Assembly (NCBI GenBank): GCA_036268295.1
Contig: DATAUK010000042.1
Location: forward strand, 14,941 to 78,940
DNA: 64,000 nucleotides
Origin: Mycobacteriales bacterium
Lineage (GTDB): Bacteria; Actinomycetota; Actinomycetes; JAFAQI01
Reading direction: 5' to 3'
Both the position numbers and the translations under genes were made by a program. Within the stretch, counting starts at the first letter, position 1. Each line of letters starts with the position of its first letter. The notes under the pieces were generated by a model. The model made no database searches. It was not told where the DNA came from and saw only the letters and a list, made by a program, of their open reading frames with translations. Shown piece after piece: positions 45,046-54,348 of this stretch.

Positions 45046-46248
45046 TCAGCCCTTTTGGTCGGCCGGACGGATCACGAGCTGGGTCACCGGCGGAAGAGAA
45101 ACCCGGAGGCTGCGGATGCGTCCGGTGCTGGTCCGTACGACGTCCAGCTTGCCGTTCGCGGTGGCGACGAACAGCCACCGGCTGTCCGGCGAGAACGCCA
45201 GCTCGGTGTCGAAGTCCTGGTCGGGCAGGGCCATGCGCAGCGTGTGCCCCTCACCGGTAGCGAGATTCACCAACCGCACCGTCCCGGCTCCGTCAGAGAT
45301 CGGGTTGGGCACGGCCGCGAACCTGCCGTCCGCCGCGATCACGCCGATCGGCTCGCCGGTGTCGCTGTCGACCTCGTGGCGCAGCGCCGAGCGGCTGCCG
45401 TCGCGAGGATCGATCAAGACGTTCTCGCAACGGCTGCGCCGGTCACAGCGCAAGGTCAGCAGCCCGGCCCGGCCGACCGCCTGCACGTTGCCGGAGATCC
45501 TGCGCAGCCGGCCCGGTCGCGCGTCGTACCCGCCCTTCCGAGTGATCACGAGCGGATAACCGCTGCCATCGGAGGCAAGCGAAAACTGGCTGAAAGGTAG
45601 CCGGAGCCCCACGCCGGTCGGCTCGCCGTTGCGATCGATCAGCGAGACCGTCAGTCGCGAATGCGTGGCGTCCTGGACCCAGAACTGACCGCGTCGCGGG
45701 CCGGGCACCAACTGACCGCCGTGACTCTCGGTGACCGGAAGTGGCCGCGCGAAATGACCGTCCGGCACCAGATATCCGGACACGAAGTCCAGTGGCCGGA
45801 TCAGCGCGCCTTGCGGACCGACGCCGAACGACACCGGACCGCTGCTGCCCAGCGCAGGGACCGTGGTTCTGGTGACGACGCCACGAGCGAACTGGATCCG
45901 CACGACGTCAGTCGGACCGCGGCCGTAGAGCTCCCATCCGGCCGTGACGCCGAGCAGCGGCAGCTTGACCCGGCTGGTCAACGGCGGAGCCGCCCGCGCC
46001 GGACCATGCGGCGGTGCCGGCGCGGCGGATGCAGCGGCGGGCGGCGGCGGCGAGGCGAGGGGACGACGTTTCGACCCGCCGCCGTGCACGATGACCGCAA
46101 CCGCGATGAGCGCGGCGACCGCCAGCAGGATCATCGCCGGCCGACGAGGTCCGTGACCCCGCGAGGGTCCCGACGTCAGCTCCTCGGCGCCGGACGACCC
46201 GACTCCGCCGACGTCCAGCTCGTCGTGACCCACGCCGTCCATCATCAC
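45046..46248 (-). CDS. membrane-anchored beta-propeller-like hypothetical protein
   Basis: N-terminal TM anchor ILLAVAALIAVAVIV, Pro/Ala linker, and TolB/WD40-like repeat hints (LAFSPDSRWLFVATANGKLDVV). Confidence 0.55.
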   Translation of the reverse strand: MMMDGVGHDELDVGGVGSSGAEELTSGPSRGHGPRRPAMILLAVAALIAVAVIVHGGGSKRRPLASPPPPAAASAAPAPPHGPARAAPPLTSRVKLPLLGVTAGWELYGRGPTDVVRIQFARGVVTRTTVPALGSSGPVSFGVGPQGALIRPLDFVSGYLVPDGHFARPLPVTESHGGQLVPGPRRGQFWVQDATHSRLTVSLIDRNGEPTGVGLRLPFSQFSLASDGSGYPLVITRKGGYDARPGRLRRISGNVQAVGRAGLLTLRCDRRSRCENVLIDPRDGSRSALRHEVDSDTGEPIGVIAADGRFAAVPNPISDGAGTVRLVNLATGEGHTLRMALPDQDFDTELAFSPDSRWLFVATANGKLDVVRTSTGRIRSLRVSLPPVTQLVIRPADQKG

Positions 46249-46286
46249 CCTCCGAAGGCCTTGACGGGGCCTCGCCGCGAAGGCCG

Positions 46287-47525
46287 TCAGTCGACCGGGA
46301 CGATCTGCCCCTTGCCGAGTACGACGACGCCGCCCTCACTCACATGGAAGCCACGCGCCCGGTCGTGCTCGTGGTCGAGCCCGATCGACGTGCCGGGCGG
46401 GACGAGGACGCCTTTGTCGATGATCGCGCGCCGCAGCACCGCGCCGCGCCCGACGTCAACGCCGTGCAGGAGCACGCACTCGTCGACCTCGGATCGGGAG
46501 TGGACCTTCACGCCCGGTGAAAGCACCGACCGGCGGACCGTGCCACCCGAGACGATGCAGCCCGGCGACACCAGCGACTCGATCGCGCTTCCGGTCCGGC
46601 CTGGCTCGCCGTGGACGAACTTCGCGGGTGGCAGCGAGGAGGTCGAGGCAAGGATCGGCCACTGCCGGTTGTAAAGGTCGAAGACCGGCCGGGTGGCGAC
46701 CAGATCCATGTGCGCTTCGTGATAGGCATCGAGGGTTCCGACGTCGCGCCAGTAGCCGGAATCGCGCTCGGTCGCACCTGGCACGACGTTGTCGGCGAAG
46801 TCATAGACCTGCGCCTGGCCCGCCGCCACGAGCGCCGGGATGACGTCGCCACCGAGGTCGTGGTTCGAGTCCTCGTTCTGGGCGTCGAGCTTCACCGCGT
46901 CGAGCAGCGCCGCGGTAGTGAAGACATAGTTGCCCATCGAGGCGAGAACGCTGTCGGGATCATCGGGCAGCCCGGGCGGGTCGGCCGGCTTCTCCAGGAA
47001 CGCGTCGATGGTTCGGCCGTCCGAGGTATTGATGACTCCGAACGACGAGGACTGGTCCCGCGGCGCCCGCAGGCCGGCGACTGTGACGCCGGCACCGGAG
47101 GCGACGTGCTGGTCGATCATCTGCCGGGCGTCCATCCGATAGACGTGATCGGCACCGAAGACCACGACGTAGGCCGGGCCTTCGTCGTAGATCAGATTGA
47201 GCGACTGATAGATCGCGTCTGCCGAGCCGGCGAACCACTTCGGGCCGAGCCGCTGCTGCGCCGGGACCGGAGTGACGTAGTCGCCCATCAGCGAGGACAT
47301 CCGCCAGTTGACGGAGATGTGGCGGTTGAGCGAGTGCGACTTGTATTGGGTGAGGACGACGATGCGTCCGAGCTCGGCGTTGACGAGGTTGGACAGCACG
47401 AAGTCGACCAGGCGGTAGATGCCGCCGAAGGGTACGGCGGGCTTGGCACGGTCGGCGGTCAGTGGCCACAGTCGCTTGCCCTCACCACCCGCGAGGACCA
47501 TGCCGAGCACCCGTCCCTGTGCCAC
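46287..47525 (-). CDS. glgC: glucose-1-phosphate adenylyltransferase
   Basis: [35 protein letters not shown], and a C-terminal left-handed beta-helix. GTG start at 47525. Confidence 0.9.
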   Translation of the reverse strand: MAQGRVLGMVLAGGEGKRLWPLTADRAKPAVPFGGIYRLVDFVLSNLVNAELGRIVVLTQYKSHSLNRHISVNWRMSSLMGDYVTPVPAQQRLGPKWFAGSADAIYQSLNLIYDEGPAYVVVFGADHVYRMDARQMIDQHVASGAGVTVAGLRAPRDQSSSFGVINTSDGRTIDAFLEKPADPPGLPDDPDSVLASMGNYVFTTAALLDAVKLDAQNEDSNHDLGGDVIPALVAAGQAQVYDFADNVVPGATERDSGYWRDVGTLDAYHEAHMDLVATRPVFDLYNRQWPILASTSSLPPAKFVHGEPGRTGSAIESLVSPGCIVSGGTVRRSVLSPGVKVHSRSEVDECVLLHGVDVGRGAVLRRAIIDKGVLVPPGTSIGLDHEHDRARGFHVSEGGVVVLGKGQIVPVD

Positions 47526-47529
47526 CGGC

Positions 47530-49032
47530 TCAGTGTCTCAGGTCGGCGAGTGCCTCAGGGTCCGCCGAGACGGTTTCGAGCCAGCGCAGGAAGGTTCGCA
47601 CCCCGAAACCGGTCGCGCCCTTGGTGGCCTCGTCTTCATCGGCTTCCGCCCGGGCCGGGCCGGCGACGTCGAGGTGAGCCCAGGTCGCGTTGCCGACGAA
47701 CTCCCGCAGGAACAACGCGGCGATGATCGAGCCGCCGCTGTACTCGAAGGACGGGTCACCGATGTTGCGGAGATCCGCGATATCGGAGTTGAGAGCCTCG
47801 CGGTAGTCATCCTCGAGCGGCATCGACCACAGCCGCTCGCCACCGGCCTCGGAGGCCGCCAGCAACGAGTCGCGCAGTGACGAAGTCGTCGCATAGAGCG
47901 CGCCGTGACGCCGACCGAGCCCGAGTGATGCCGCCCCGGTAAGGGTGGCAATGTCGATGACGACATCCGGCGCGAGGGTGCCGGCGGCGTACGCCAGTGC
48001 GTCGGCGAGCACGATCCGACCCTCGGCATCGGTGTTGAGCACCTCGTCGGTGCGGCCGCCGTAGTGGGTCACGACATCGCCCGGGCGAACCGATGCGGCG
48101 CCCGGCATGTTCTCAGCCATCGGCACCAGGCCGGTCACCTTCACCCGGATGTCGAGCGCAGCGAGTGCAGTCATCGTCGCGATGACGGCGGCGCCGCCGG
48201 CCATGTCGGTCTTCATCCACACCATCGAGTCCGACGGCTTCAATGACAGACCGCCGGAGTCGAACGTGATGCCCTTGCCGATCAGGACGACGTGCCGATC
48301 GGCACCCTCCGGCGCCCAGGTCAGCTCGACGAACCGCGGCGGACGGTCCGAGCCCATGCCCACCGCAAGCACACCGCCGAAGCCCTCATCGGCAAGCTGC
48401 GTCTCGTCACGCACCCTGATGTCGACACCGCTCGCCATAGCCATCGCCCGTGCCTGCTCGGCCAGCCAGTCCGGCGACTTGGTCAACGACGGGGTGTTGG
48501 CAAGATCGCGGGCCCGGTGGACGGCGGCCGTCACGGCAGCGGCCCGCGCAAGATCTCGGCGCACGGCCGCCGGCTCGTCGACGACCAGCTTCGCGCGCTT
48601 CAGCCGCGGCGGCTTGGGATCGCTCTTCGCGCTGAACTTGTATGACGCAAGGCCGATGGCCTCGGCGATCGCCTTGACGTCCTCACCGCTCCGACCGCTC
48701 GCGAGGGTCGTCGCGAGCGATTTCGATCCGGCCGCCTTGCGGACCATTGCGGCAGCGGCTTTGCGCAGCGACCGCGGTGACTCGTCGCCGATCCCGACGA
48801 GCAGGACCAGGTCGATCCCATCGCGGTGGACCGGGATCACGACGACCTCGCCGGCCTTGCCGGTCGCCTTGTCGGCCTTGAGTGCCGCGGCCGCATCAAC
48901 AGCCAACGACTGCAACGCCTCCGCTCCAGCCCCGACAACCGGTGCACCGCGCCGGCCGGTGGTCACCGGGACGCCGAGAACGGCGCCGCTTGCGAGCAGC
49001 GGGCCGGCGGTTGCCGCGACAGTGAGCGTCAC
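47530..49032 (-). CDS. pepA: leucyl aminopeptidase (M17)
   Basis: M17 signature [24 protein letters not shown] and [11 protein letters not shown]. The stop lies 4 nt before the glgC start. Confidence 0.9.
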   Translation of the reverse strand: MTLTVAATAGPLLASGAVLGVPVTTGRRGAPVVGAGAEALQSLAVDAAAALKADKATGKAGEVVVIPVHRDGIDLVLLVGIGDESPRSLRKAAAAMVRKAAGSKSLATTLASGRSGEDVKAIAEAIGLASYKFSAKSDPKPPRLKRAKLVVDEPAAVRRDLARAAAVTAAVHRARDLANTPSLTKSPDWLAEQARAMAMASGVDIRVRDETQLADEGFGGVLAVGMGSDRPPRFVELTWAPEGADRHVVLIGKGITFDSGGLSLKPSDSMVWMKTDMAGGAAVIATMTALAALDIRVKVTGLVPMAENMPGAASVRPGDVVTHYGGRTDEVLNTDAEGRIVLADALAYAAGTLAPDVVIDIATLTGAASLGLGRRHGALYATTSSLRDSLLAASEAGGERLWSMPLEDDYREALNSDIADLRNIGDPSFEYSGGSIIAALFLREFVGNATWAHLDVAGPARAEADEDEATKGATGFGVRTFLRWLETVSADPEALADLRH

Positions 49033-49051
49033 AGGCGCGACCCGGCGCGGA

Positions 49052-49219
49052 TCAGCCGACGGCGGATTTGAGGGCGTCGCCGAGGGCGGTCGCCTCGGCG
49101 GGCGTCAGCTCGACGACCAGACGGCCGCCACCCTCCAGCGGAACGCGCATCACGATGCCACGTCCTTCCTTGGTCACCTCGAGCGGACCATCGCCCGTCC
49201 GTGGCTTCATGGCGGCCAT
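49052..49219 (-). CDS. DUF3117 protein (Rv1211-like)
   Basis: MAAMKPRTGDGPLEVTKEGRGIVMRVPLEGGGRLVVELTPAEA is typical of DUF3117. Confidence 0.75.
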   Translation of the reverse strand: MAAMKPRTGDGPLEVTKEGRGIVMRVPLEGGGRLVVELTPAEATALGDALKSAVG

Positions 49220-49312
49220 GCGCGTGCTCCTTCGTTCGTCCAATCGCGTGCTTACAGACCATTATCGCGGACCGGCCGCTCGGCAGGGGCCCGGGAGCGG
49301 CAGACTGCCCTC

Positions 49313-50125
49313 GTGAACGCACGATCTGCGCTGTTCGACCTGTACGGCGACCACCTGGTCAGCCGCGGTCAGCAGGCTCCGGTCGCGGCGCTGGTGCGCT
49401 GTCTCGGCGCACTCGATATCGCTGCGCCGGCGGTTCGGACCGCGATCTCGCGCATGGTCAGCCAGGACTGGCTGGTCGCGGTCCGGACCACGACCGGGCC
49501 TGGTTACGCCCTCACGCCGAAAGCAGTACGCCGGCTCGACGAGGCCGGCGCGCGGATCTACCGCACCCGCGACTCGCCCTGGGATGGCCACTGGGCGCTA
49601 CTCACCGTTCCCGCAGTACGGGATCGCTCGCGGCGGGAGCGGCTACGCGCCGGGCTTCGCTATCTCGGCTACGGCGCGATCGATGACACCACCTGGATCG
49701 CCGCCCGTGCCTCGACCGAGCTCGACGCGCTGCTCGACGCCGAAGCGGTGTCGGCCGAGCGGTTCACCGCCGCGCACGATGGTGACCCGGTGGCGCTGGT
49801 GCGACAGGTCTGGGACCTCGACGCGCTGGCCGCGTCGTACCTGCAGTGGCTAGCCGCCGCTCGGGGGATCGTGTCCTCCGTCGATCCCGGCGGATCGGAT
49901 GAGTCGGCGTTCACGGCCCGTAGCCGGCTGGTCCACGAGTGGCGCAAGTTCCTGTTCACCGACCCCAGGCTGCCCGATGACCTGCTGCCCTCGGACTGGG
50001 TCGGTCGTGAGGCAGCGCGATACTTCGACGATCAGGCCACCCGCCTGCTCCCGGCTGCGGCCCGCTTCATCGACCGTTGCCTGGACGCCGGCGGACCTCA
50101 GGACGGACGGAGAGCTCATGACTGA
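49313..50125 (+). CDS. PaaX-family transcriptional regulator
   Basis: ARSALFDLYGDHL... winged-helix N-terminus and a PaaX-like C-terminal domain (WDGHWALLTV, LRYLGYG). GTG 49313. The upstream part of the 672-aa ORF is antisense to pepA. Confidence 0.75.
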   Translation: MNARSALFDLYGDHLVSRGQQAPVAALVRCLGALDIAAPAVRTAISRMVSQDWLVAVRTTTGPGYALTPKAVRRLDEAGARIYRTRDSPWDGHWALLTVPAVRDRSRRERLRAGLRYLGYGAIDDTTWIAARASTELDALLDAEAVSAERFTAAHDGDPVALVRQVWDLDALAASYLQWLAAARGIVSSVDPGGSDESAFTARSRLVHEWRKFLFTDPRLPDDLLPSDWVGREAARYFDDQATRLLPAAARFIDRCLDAGGPQDGRRAHD

Positions 50126-50903
50126 CGGCATCGGCTATGAGGTAGCCGACGAGATCGCGACGATCACCCTCGACCGACCAGAAGCGCTGAACTCGCTGAC
50201 CACCGCGATGAAGGTCGCGCTGCTCGCCGCGCTGCGGTCCGCTGCTGACGACGTCCAAGTGCGCGCTGTCGTCCTGACTGGTGCCGGCCGGGCGTTTTGC
50301 GTCGGGCAGGATCTGCGCGAGCATGCCGAAGATCTGGCCAACGGTGACGAGCAGCTGAGCACCGTCACCGAGCACTACAACCCGATCATCGAGGCGATCA
50401 CCTCGATGCCCAAGCCGGCGATCGCGGCAGTCAACGGGATGGCGGCGGGGGCGGGCGCGTCGCTCGCATTCGCCTGCGATCTGCGGATCGCGTCGGACTC
50501 AGCGGCGTTTCTCATGGCATTCGCCCGCGTCGGGCTCGGCCCCGACAGTGGTGCGTCGTGGACGCTTCAGCGGTTGATCGGATCAGGCCGGGCAACGGCG
50601 ATGCTCCTGCTGGCTGAGCCGATCCCCGCCTCGCAAGCCCTCGAGATGGGTCTGGTCAGCGCTGTCGTGCCGCCGCCCGACCTGCCGTCGGTGGTAGGTG
50701 CGCTGGCCAACAAGCTGGCCGCCGGACCGACGGTTGCCTACGCCGCGATCAAGTCGACCATCGCGTTCTCCGCCTCCCACGAGCTGACCGAGAGCCTGGT
50801 CAATGAGGCGGCCGCGCAGGCGCGTTGCGGGGCGACGACCGATCACACCAATGCGGTGCTGGCGTTCCTCGCCAAGAAGCCGGCCGCTTTCGCCGGGCGG
50901 TAG
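50118..50903 (+). CDS. enoyl-CoA hydratase/isomerase (crotonase fold, PaaG-like)
   Basis: ITLDRPEALNSL, VVLTGAGRAFCVGQDL, and AAVNGMAAGAGASLA. ATG 50118 overlaps the PaaX-family stop by 8 nt. Confidence 0.85.
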   Translation: MTDGIGYEVADEIATITLDRPEALNSLTTAMKVALLAALRSAADDVQVRAVVLTGAGRAFCVGQDLREHAEDLANGDEQLSTVTEHYNPIIEAITSMPKPAIAAVNGMAAGAGASLAFACDLRIASDSAAFLMAFARVGLGPDSGASWTLQRLIGSGRATAMLLLAEPIPASQALEMGLVSAVVPPPDLPSVVGALANKLAAGPTVAYAAIKSTIAFSASHELTESLVNEAAAQARCGATTDHTNAVLAFLAKKPAAFAGR

Positions 50904-50906
50904 TCT

Positions 50907-51473
50907 TCAGCGGCACCAGCAGTCGGCGAGATGGTCGTTGACCAGCCCGGTGGCCTGCATAAGGGCGTACGCCGTGGTGGGTCCGACGAAGCGAAAACCG
51001 TGCCGTTTCAACGCTTTTGACATCGCCGTCGACTCCGGCGAAACGGCCGGCAGGTCACCGATCCGCTTCGGTGCGGCGCGCCTTCCGGTTGGCGCGAAGC
51101 CTTCGACGAAGGCGAGGATGCCGCCCGGCAGCTCCAGCGCCGCACGAGCGTTCGCCATGGTCGCCGCGATCTTCGCACGGTTGCGCACGATGCCGGCGTC
51201 GTTGAGCAACCGCTCGGCGTCGGCATCGTCAAACGCCGCGACCTTGGGGATCGAGAAGTCGGCGAACGCGGCTCGAAAGCCTGGGCGTTTGCGCAGGATG
51301 ATCAGCCACGACAAGCCGGATTGGAATCCCTCGAGTGTCAGTCGCTCGAACATCGCGTCGTCGCTGGTCAGTCGTCGGCCCCACTCCTCGTCGTGATAGC
51401 TGACGTAGTCCGGTGTCGATACCGCCCACGGGCAGCGCCGCCTGCCGTCCTCACCACGCACCGCGTCGCTCAT
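50907..51473 (-). CDS. tag: DNA-3-methyladenine glycosylase I
   Basis: RCPWA...YHDEEWG, EGFQSGLSW, and C-terminal HLADCW. GGAGG lies 7 nt upstream of ATG 51473. Confidence 0.85.
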   Translation of the reverse strand: MSDAVRGEDGRRRCPWAVSTPDYVSYHDEEWGRRLTSDDAMFERLTLEGFQSGLSWLIILRKRPGFRAAFADFSIPKVAAFDDADAERLLNDAGIVRNRAKIAATMANARAALELPGGILAFVEGFAPTGRRAAPKRIGDLPAVSPESTAMSKALKRHGFRFVGPTTAYALMQATGLVNDHLADCWCR

Positions 51474-51495
51474 TGAGGTGCCTCCGACCGAGTGG

Positions 51496-51852
51496 TCACT
51501 CCTTCGGCGTCCGCCGCGCGGGCCGAGCCGGCTTGAGCGTTGGCCGGGAAGCCGGCGGCGGCACCTCGGTCGCCGACTCGGAAGCAGCCGTCGGCACGAC
51601 CGCTGGCCCCGGCCCGCGAAGCGCCGTCGTGATCCGCTCGAGCGCGGCGTCGACGTCCTCCATGCGATATCCCCGCAGCCCGGTGCGGAACCGCAGCCCG
51701 GCGATGTCGTCCGCGGTGAGCGGCCGGTCCGGCATACCGAGGTCGGCGTGGTCGATCGGCTCGTCGTACAGCCCGCCGTCGGCGCGGGAGAGCAGGACAC
51801 CGACGCCGAGCAGCACGCCGAGGCCGACGAGCACGATCGCGATCAATCCCAC
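51496..51852 (-). CDS. DivIVA-domain membrane protein
   Basis: N-terminal TM segment (LIAIVLVGLGVLLGVGVLL) followed by FRTGLRGYRMEDVDAAL, a DivIVA N-terminal-domain motif. Confidence 0.7.
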   Translation of the reverse strand: MGLIAIVLVGLGVLLGVGVLLSRADGGLYDEPIDHADLGMPDRPLTADDIAGLRFRTGLRGYRMEDVDAALERITTALRGPGPAVVPTAASESATEVPPPASRPTLKPARPARRTPKE

Positions 51853-51887
51853 CCCAGCATCGTGGCACGCCGTACCTGAAGAATGAC

Positions 51888-52433
51888 TCAGATCCCGCCG
51901 GAGTCGAGTAACTCGAACGCCGTGACCACGTCGCGAGCCCAGCCGACCTCGGCGGCGGCCTCGGCTCGGGCAAAGCCGTTGTCGACGAGCACCGCCATCT
52001 GCTCACGCAGCGGGTCGAACACACCATCGGGATCGAGGACGACGACCGGCTTGTGGTGCATGCCGAGCACCCGCGAGGTCCAGATCTCGAGCAGCTCCTC
52101 GAGGGTTCCGAGTCCCCCAGGAAGGACCAGGAAGCCATCCGCCCGGCGGTCCATCTCTGCCTTGCGGGTGCGCATGTCCGGCGTCACGATCAGCTCGTCG
52201 GCGTCGAGATCGGCGACCTCGCGCAGCCGGAGTGCGTCCGGGATGACCCCGACCGTCAAAGCGCCACCGGCACGCGCGGACCGGGCCACGGCGCCCATGC
52301 ATGACACCGAGCCACCACCGCTGACCAACGAGTGGCCGCGGCGAGCCAGCTCGGTGCCGACATCGGCGGCGAGGTCGACGTAGTGAGACGGGATCAGCTC
52401 GCTGGACGCGCAGAAGACACAGATCGTCGCCAT
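51888..52433 (-). CDS. LOG-family (TIGR00730) cytokinin riboside 5'-monophosphate phosphoribohydrolase-like protein, short form
   Basis: ICVFCASS, GGGSVSCMGA, and PGGLGTLEEL, the LOG PGGxGTxxE motif. ATG 52433. Confidence 0.85.
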   Translation of the reverse strand: MATICVFCASSELIPSHYVDLAADVGTELARRGHSLVSGGGSVSCMGAVARSARAGGALTVGVIPDALRLREVADLDADELIVTPDMRTRKAEMDRRADGFLVLPGGLGTLEELLEIWTSRVLGMHHKPVVVLDPDGVFDPLREQMAVLVDNGFARAEAAAEVGWARDVVTAFELLDSGGI

Positions 52434-52449
52434 GACGGTTACGTATCGG

Positions 52450-53235
52450 TCAGTAGCTGTCGAGCGGCCGCGTCGGTGGGTCGACCGGGCGGGCGGCTTG
52501 GCTGTCGCGGATGATCGTGACGATCTCGTCGATGTCGTCACTGACCTTGATCAGGTCGAGATCGTCCGGCGAGACCTTGCCCTCGGTGAGCATCGAGGCG
52601 CGGAGCCAGTCGACGAGCCCGCTCCAGTAGTCCGAGCCGTAAAGGATCACCGGGAACGAGGTGACCTTGCCGGTCTGCACCAACGTGAGTGCCTCGAACA
52701 GCTCGTCCATGGTTCCGAAGCCACCGGGCAGGACCACGAACGCCTGCGAGTACTTCACGAACATCGTCTTGCGGACGAAGAAGTAGCGGAAGTTCACGCC
52801 GATGTCGACCCAGTCGTTGAGCCGCTGCTCGAACGGCAGCTCGATGCCCAGCCCGATCGACACCCCGCCGGCTTCTGTGGTGCCTTTGTTGACCGCCTCC
52901 ATGACACCGGGACCGCCACCGGTGATGACGGCCCAGCCGTCCTTCGCCAGCGCGGCACCAAGCTGCTCGCCGGCGGCGTACTCCGGGGAATCCGGGTGGG
53001 TGCGGGCCGAGCCGAAGACGCAGACCGCGCGCGGAGCTTCGGAGAGCAGACCGAAGCCCTCGACGAACTCGGCCTGGATCCGCAGCACCCGCCACGGGTC
53101 GGTGTGGACCCAGTCCGAGGCGCCGCGGGTGTCGAGCAGTCGCTGGTCGGTGGTCGTGGCGTGGACCTGGGCGCGGCGCAGGACGACCGGGCCGCGCTGC
53201 TTCTCCGGCATCCGTTCCGGATCGATCTGCTTCAC
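52450..53235 (-). CDS. LOG-family (TIGR00730) protein, long form (Rv1205-like)
   Basis: VCVFGSAR, ITGGGPGVMEA, and PGGFGTMDELFE. Carries an N-terminal extension of about 70 aa. Confidence 0.85.
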   Translation of the reverse strand: MKQIDPERMPEKQRGPVVLRRAQVHATTTDQRLLDTRGASDWVHTDPWRVLRIQAEFVEGFGLLSEAPRAVCVFGSARTHPDSPEYAAGEQLGAALAKDGWAVITGGGPGVMEAVNKGTTEAGGVSIGLGIELPFEQRLNDWVDIGVNFRYFFVRKTMFVKYSQAFVVLPGGFGTMDELFEALTLVQTGKVTSFPVILYGSDYWSGLVDWLRASMLTEGKVSPDDLDLIKVSDDIDEIVTIIRDSQAARPVDPPTRPLDSY

Positions 53236-53270
53236 GAGGCGCGAGGTTACAGCGGTTAGCCGAACGCCGG

Positions 53271-54326
53271 TCAGCCCGTGAGGTAGCCGCGCAACATCCG
53301 CTCACACTCACCGATCAGCGGCAGCTCGACGTACTCCTCGCGGGTGTGGGCGAGATTGGGGTCGCCCGGGCCGAAGTTGACCGCCGGGATGCCGAGCGAG
53401 GCAAAGCGAGCGACGTCGGTCCAGCCGAGCTTTGCCTGCGGCTCGCCGCCGATTGCGGCCAGGAACTCCGCCGCGGCGGGCTCGCCGAGACGCGGCGGCG
53501 CCGCCGGCGCGGAGTCGGTCAGGACGCACTCGAACGGATCGAGCAACTCCTGCACGTGAGCGAGCGCCTCGGCCTCGGTGCGGTCAGGGGCGAAGCGATG
53601 GTTCACCGCGATCGTGCAGCGATCGGGCACTACGTTGCCGGACACGCCGCCTTCGATCCGGACCGCGTTGAGCCCCTCGCGATATTCGCAGCCGTCGATC
53701 GTCACCCGGCGAGCCTGGTACGCCGAGAGCCGCGTGAGCACCTCGCCGGCCTCGTGGATCGCGTTTTGGCCGAGCCACGATCGGGCCGAGTGCGCCCGCT
53801 TGCCGGTCGCGACAACGAGCACCCGTAACGTCCCCTGACAGCCTGCCTCCACTTTGTTGGCGGTCGGCTCCATCAGGATCGCAAGGTCGGCCTGCAACCA
53901 TTCCGCGTTGTTGCCGAGCACCCGGCCGAGGCCGTTGTGTGCCGAATCGGTCTCCTCGTTGTCGTAGAACAGCCAGGTCAGGTCATGGCGAGGCTCGGGC
54001 ACCGTCGCGGCCAGTCGCAGCATCACCGCGATGCCGGACTTCATGTCCGAGCTGCCGCAGCCGTAGAGCCGGTCACCGTCGCGGCGGCTCGGGAGGTTCT
54101 CGGCGACCGGGACGGTGTCGAGGTGACCGGCGATGACGACCCGCCGATCCGCGTCGCGGCTGGTCCGCGCCATCACCGCGTCGCCGTCGCGCTCCACGCT
54201 GAGGTGACCCTGCCCGCGCAGCGTCTTCTCGACCTCGTCGGCGAGCCGGGTCTCACCGCCCGACGGTGACGGGATGTCGACGATCGAAGCGGTCAGTGCG
54301 TCACCAGGCAGGCTCAGGTCGATCAC
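53271..54326 (-). CDS. dapE: succinyl-diaminopimelate desuccinylase
   Basis: M20 peptidase motifs (IAGHLDTVP, CGSSDMKSG). Actinobacterial DapE length and neighbourhood, adjacent and divergent to dapD. Confidence 0.85.
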   Translation of the reverse strand: MIDLSLPGDALTASIVDIPSPSGGETRLADEVEKTLRGQGHLSVERDGDAVMARTSRDADRRVVIAGHLDTVPVAENLPSRRDGDRLYGCGSSDMKSGIAVMLRLAATVPEPRHDLTWLFYDNEETDSAHNGLGRVLGNNAEWLQADLAILMEPTANKVEAGCQGTLRVLVVATGKRAHSARSWLGQNAIHEAGEVLTRLSAYQARRVTIDGCEYREGLNAVRIEGGVSGNVVPDRCTIAVNHRFAPDRTEAEALAHVQELLDPFECVLTDSAPAAPPRLGEPAAAEFLAAIGGEPQAKLGWTDVARFASLGIPAVNFGPGDPNLAHTREEYVELPLIGECERMLRGYLTG

Positions 54327-54348
54327 CCGTCCACCGTAGGCTGACCGC

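Noticed and set aside
48107-49312. The 5' two-thirds of the 672-aa plus-strand ORF.
   Set aside because: It is antisense to pepA and DUF3117. Only the part from GTG 49313 onward looks like a real PaaX-family protein.
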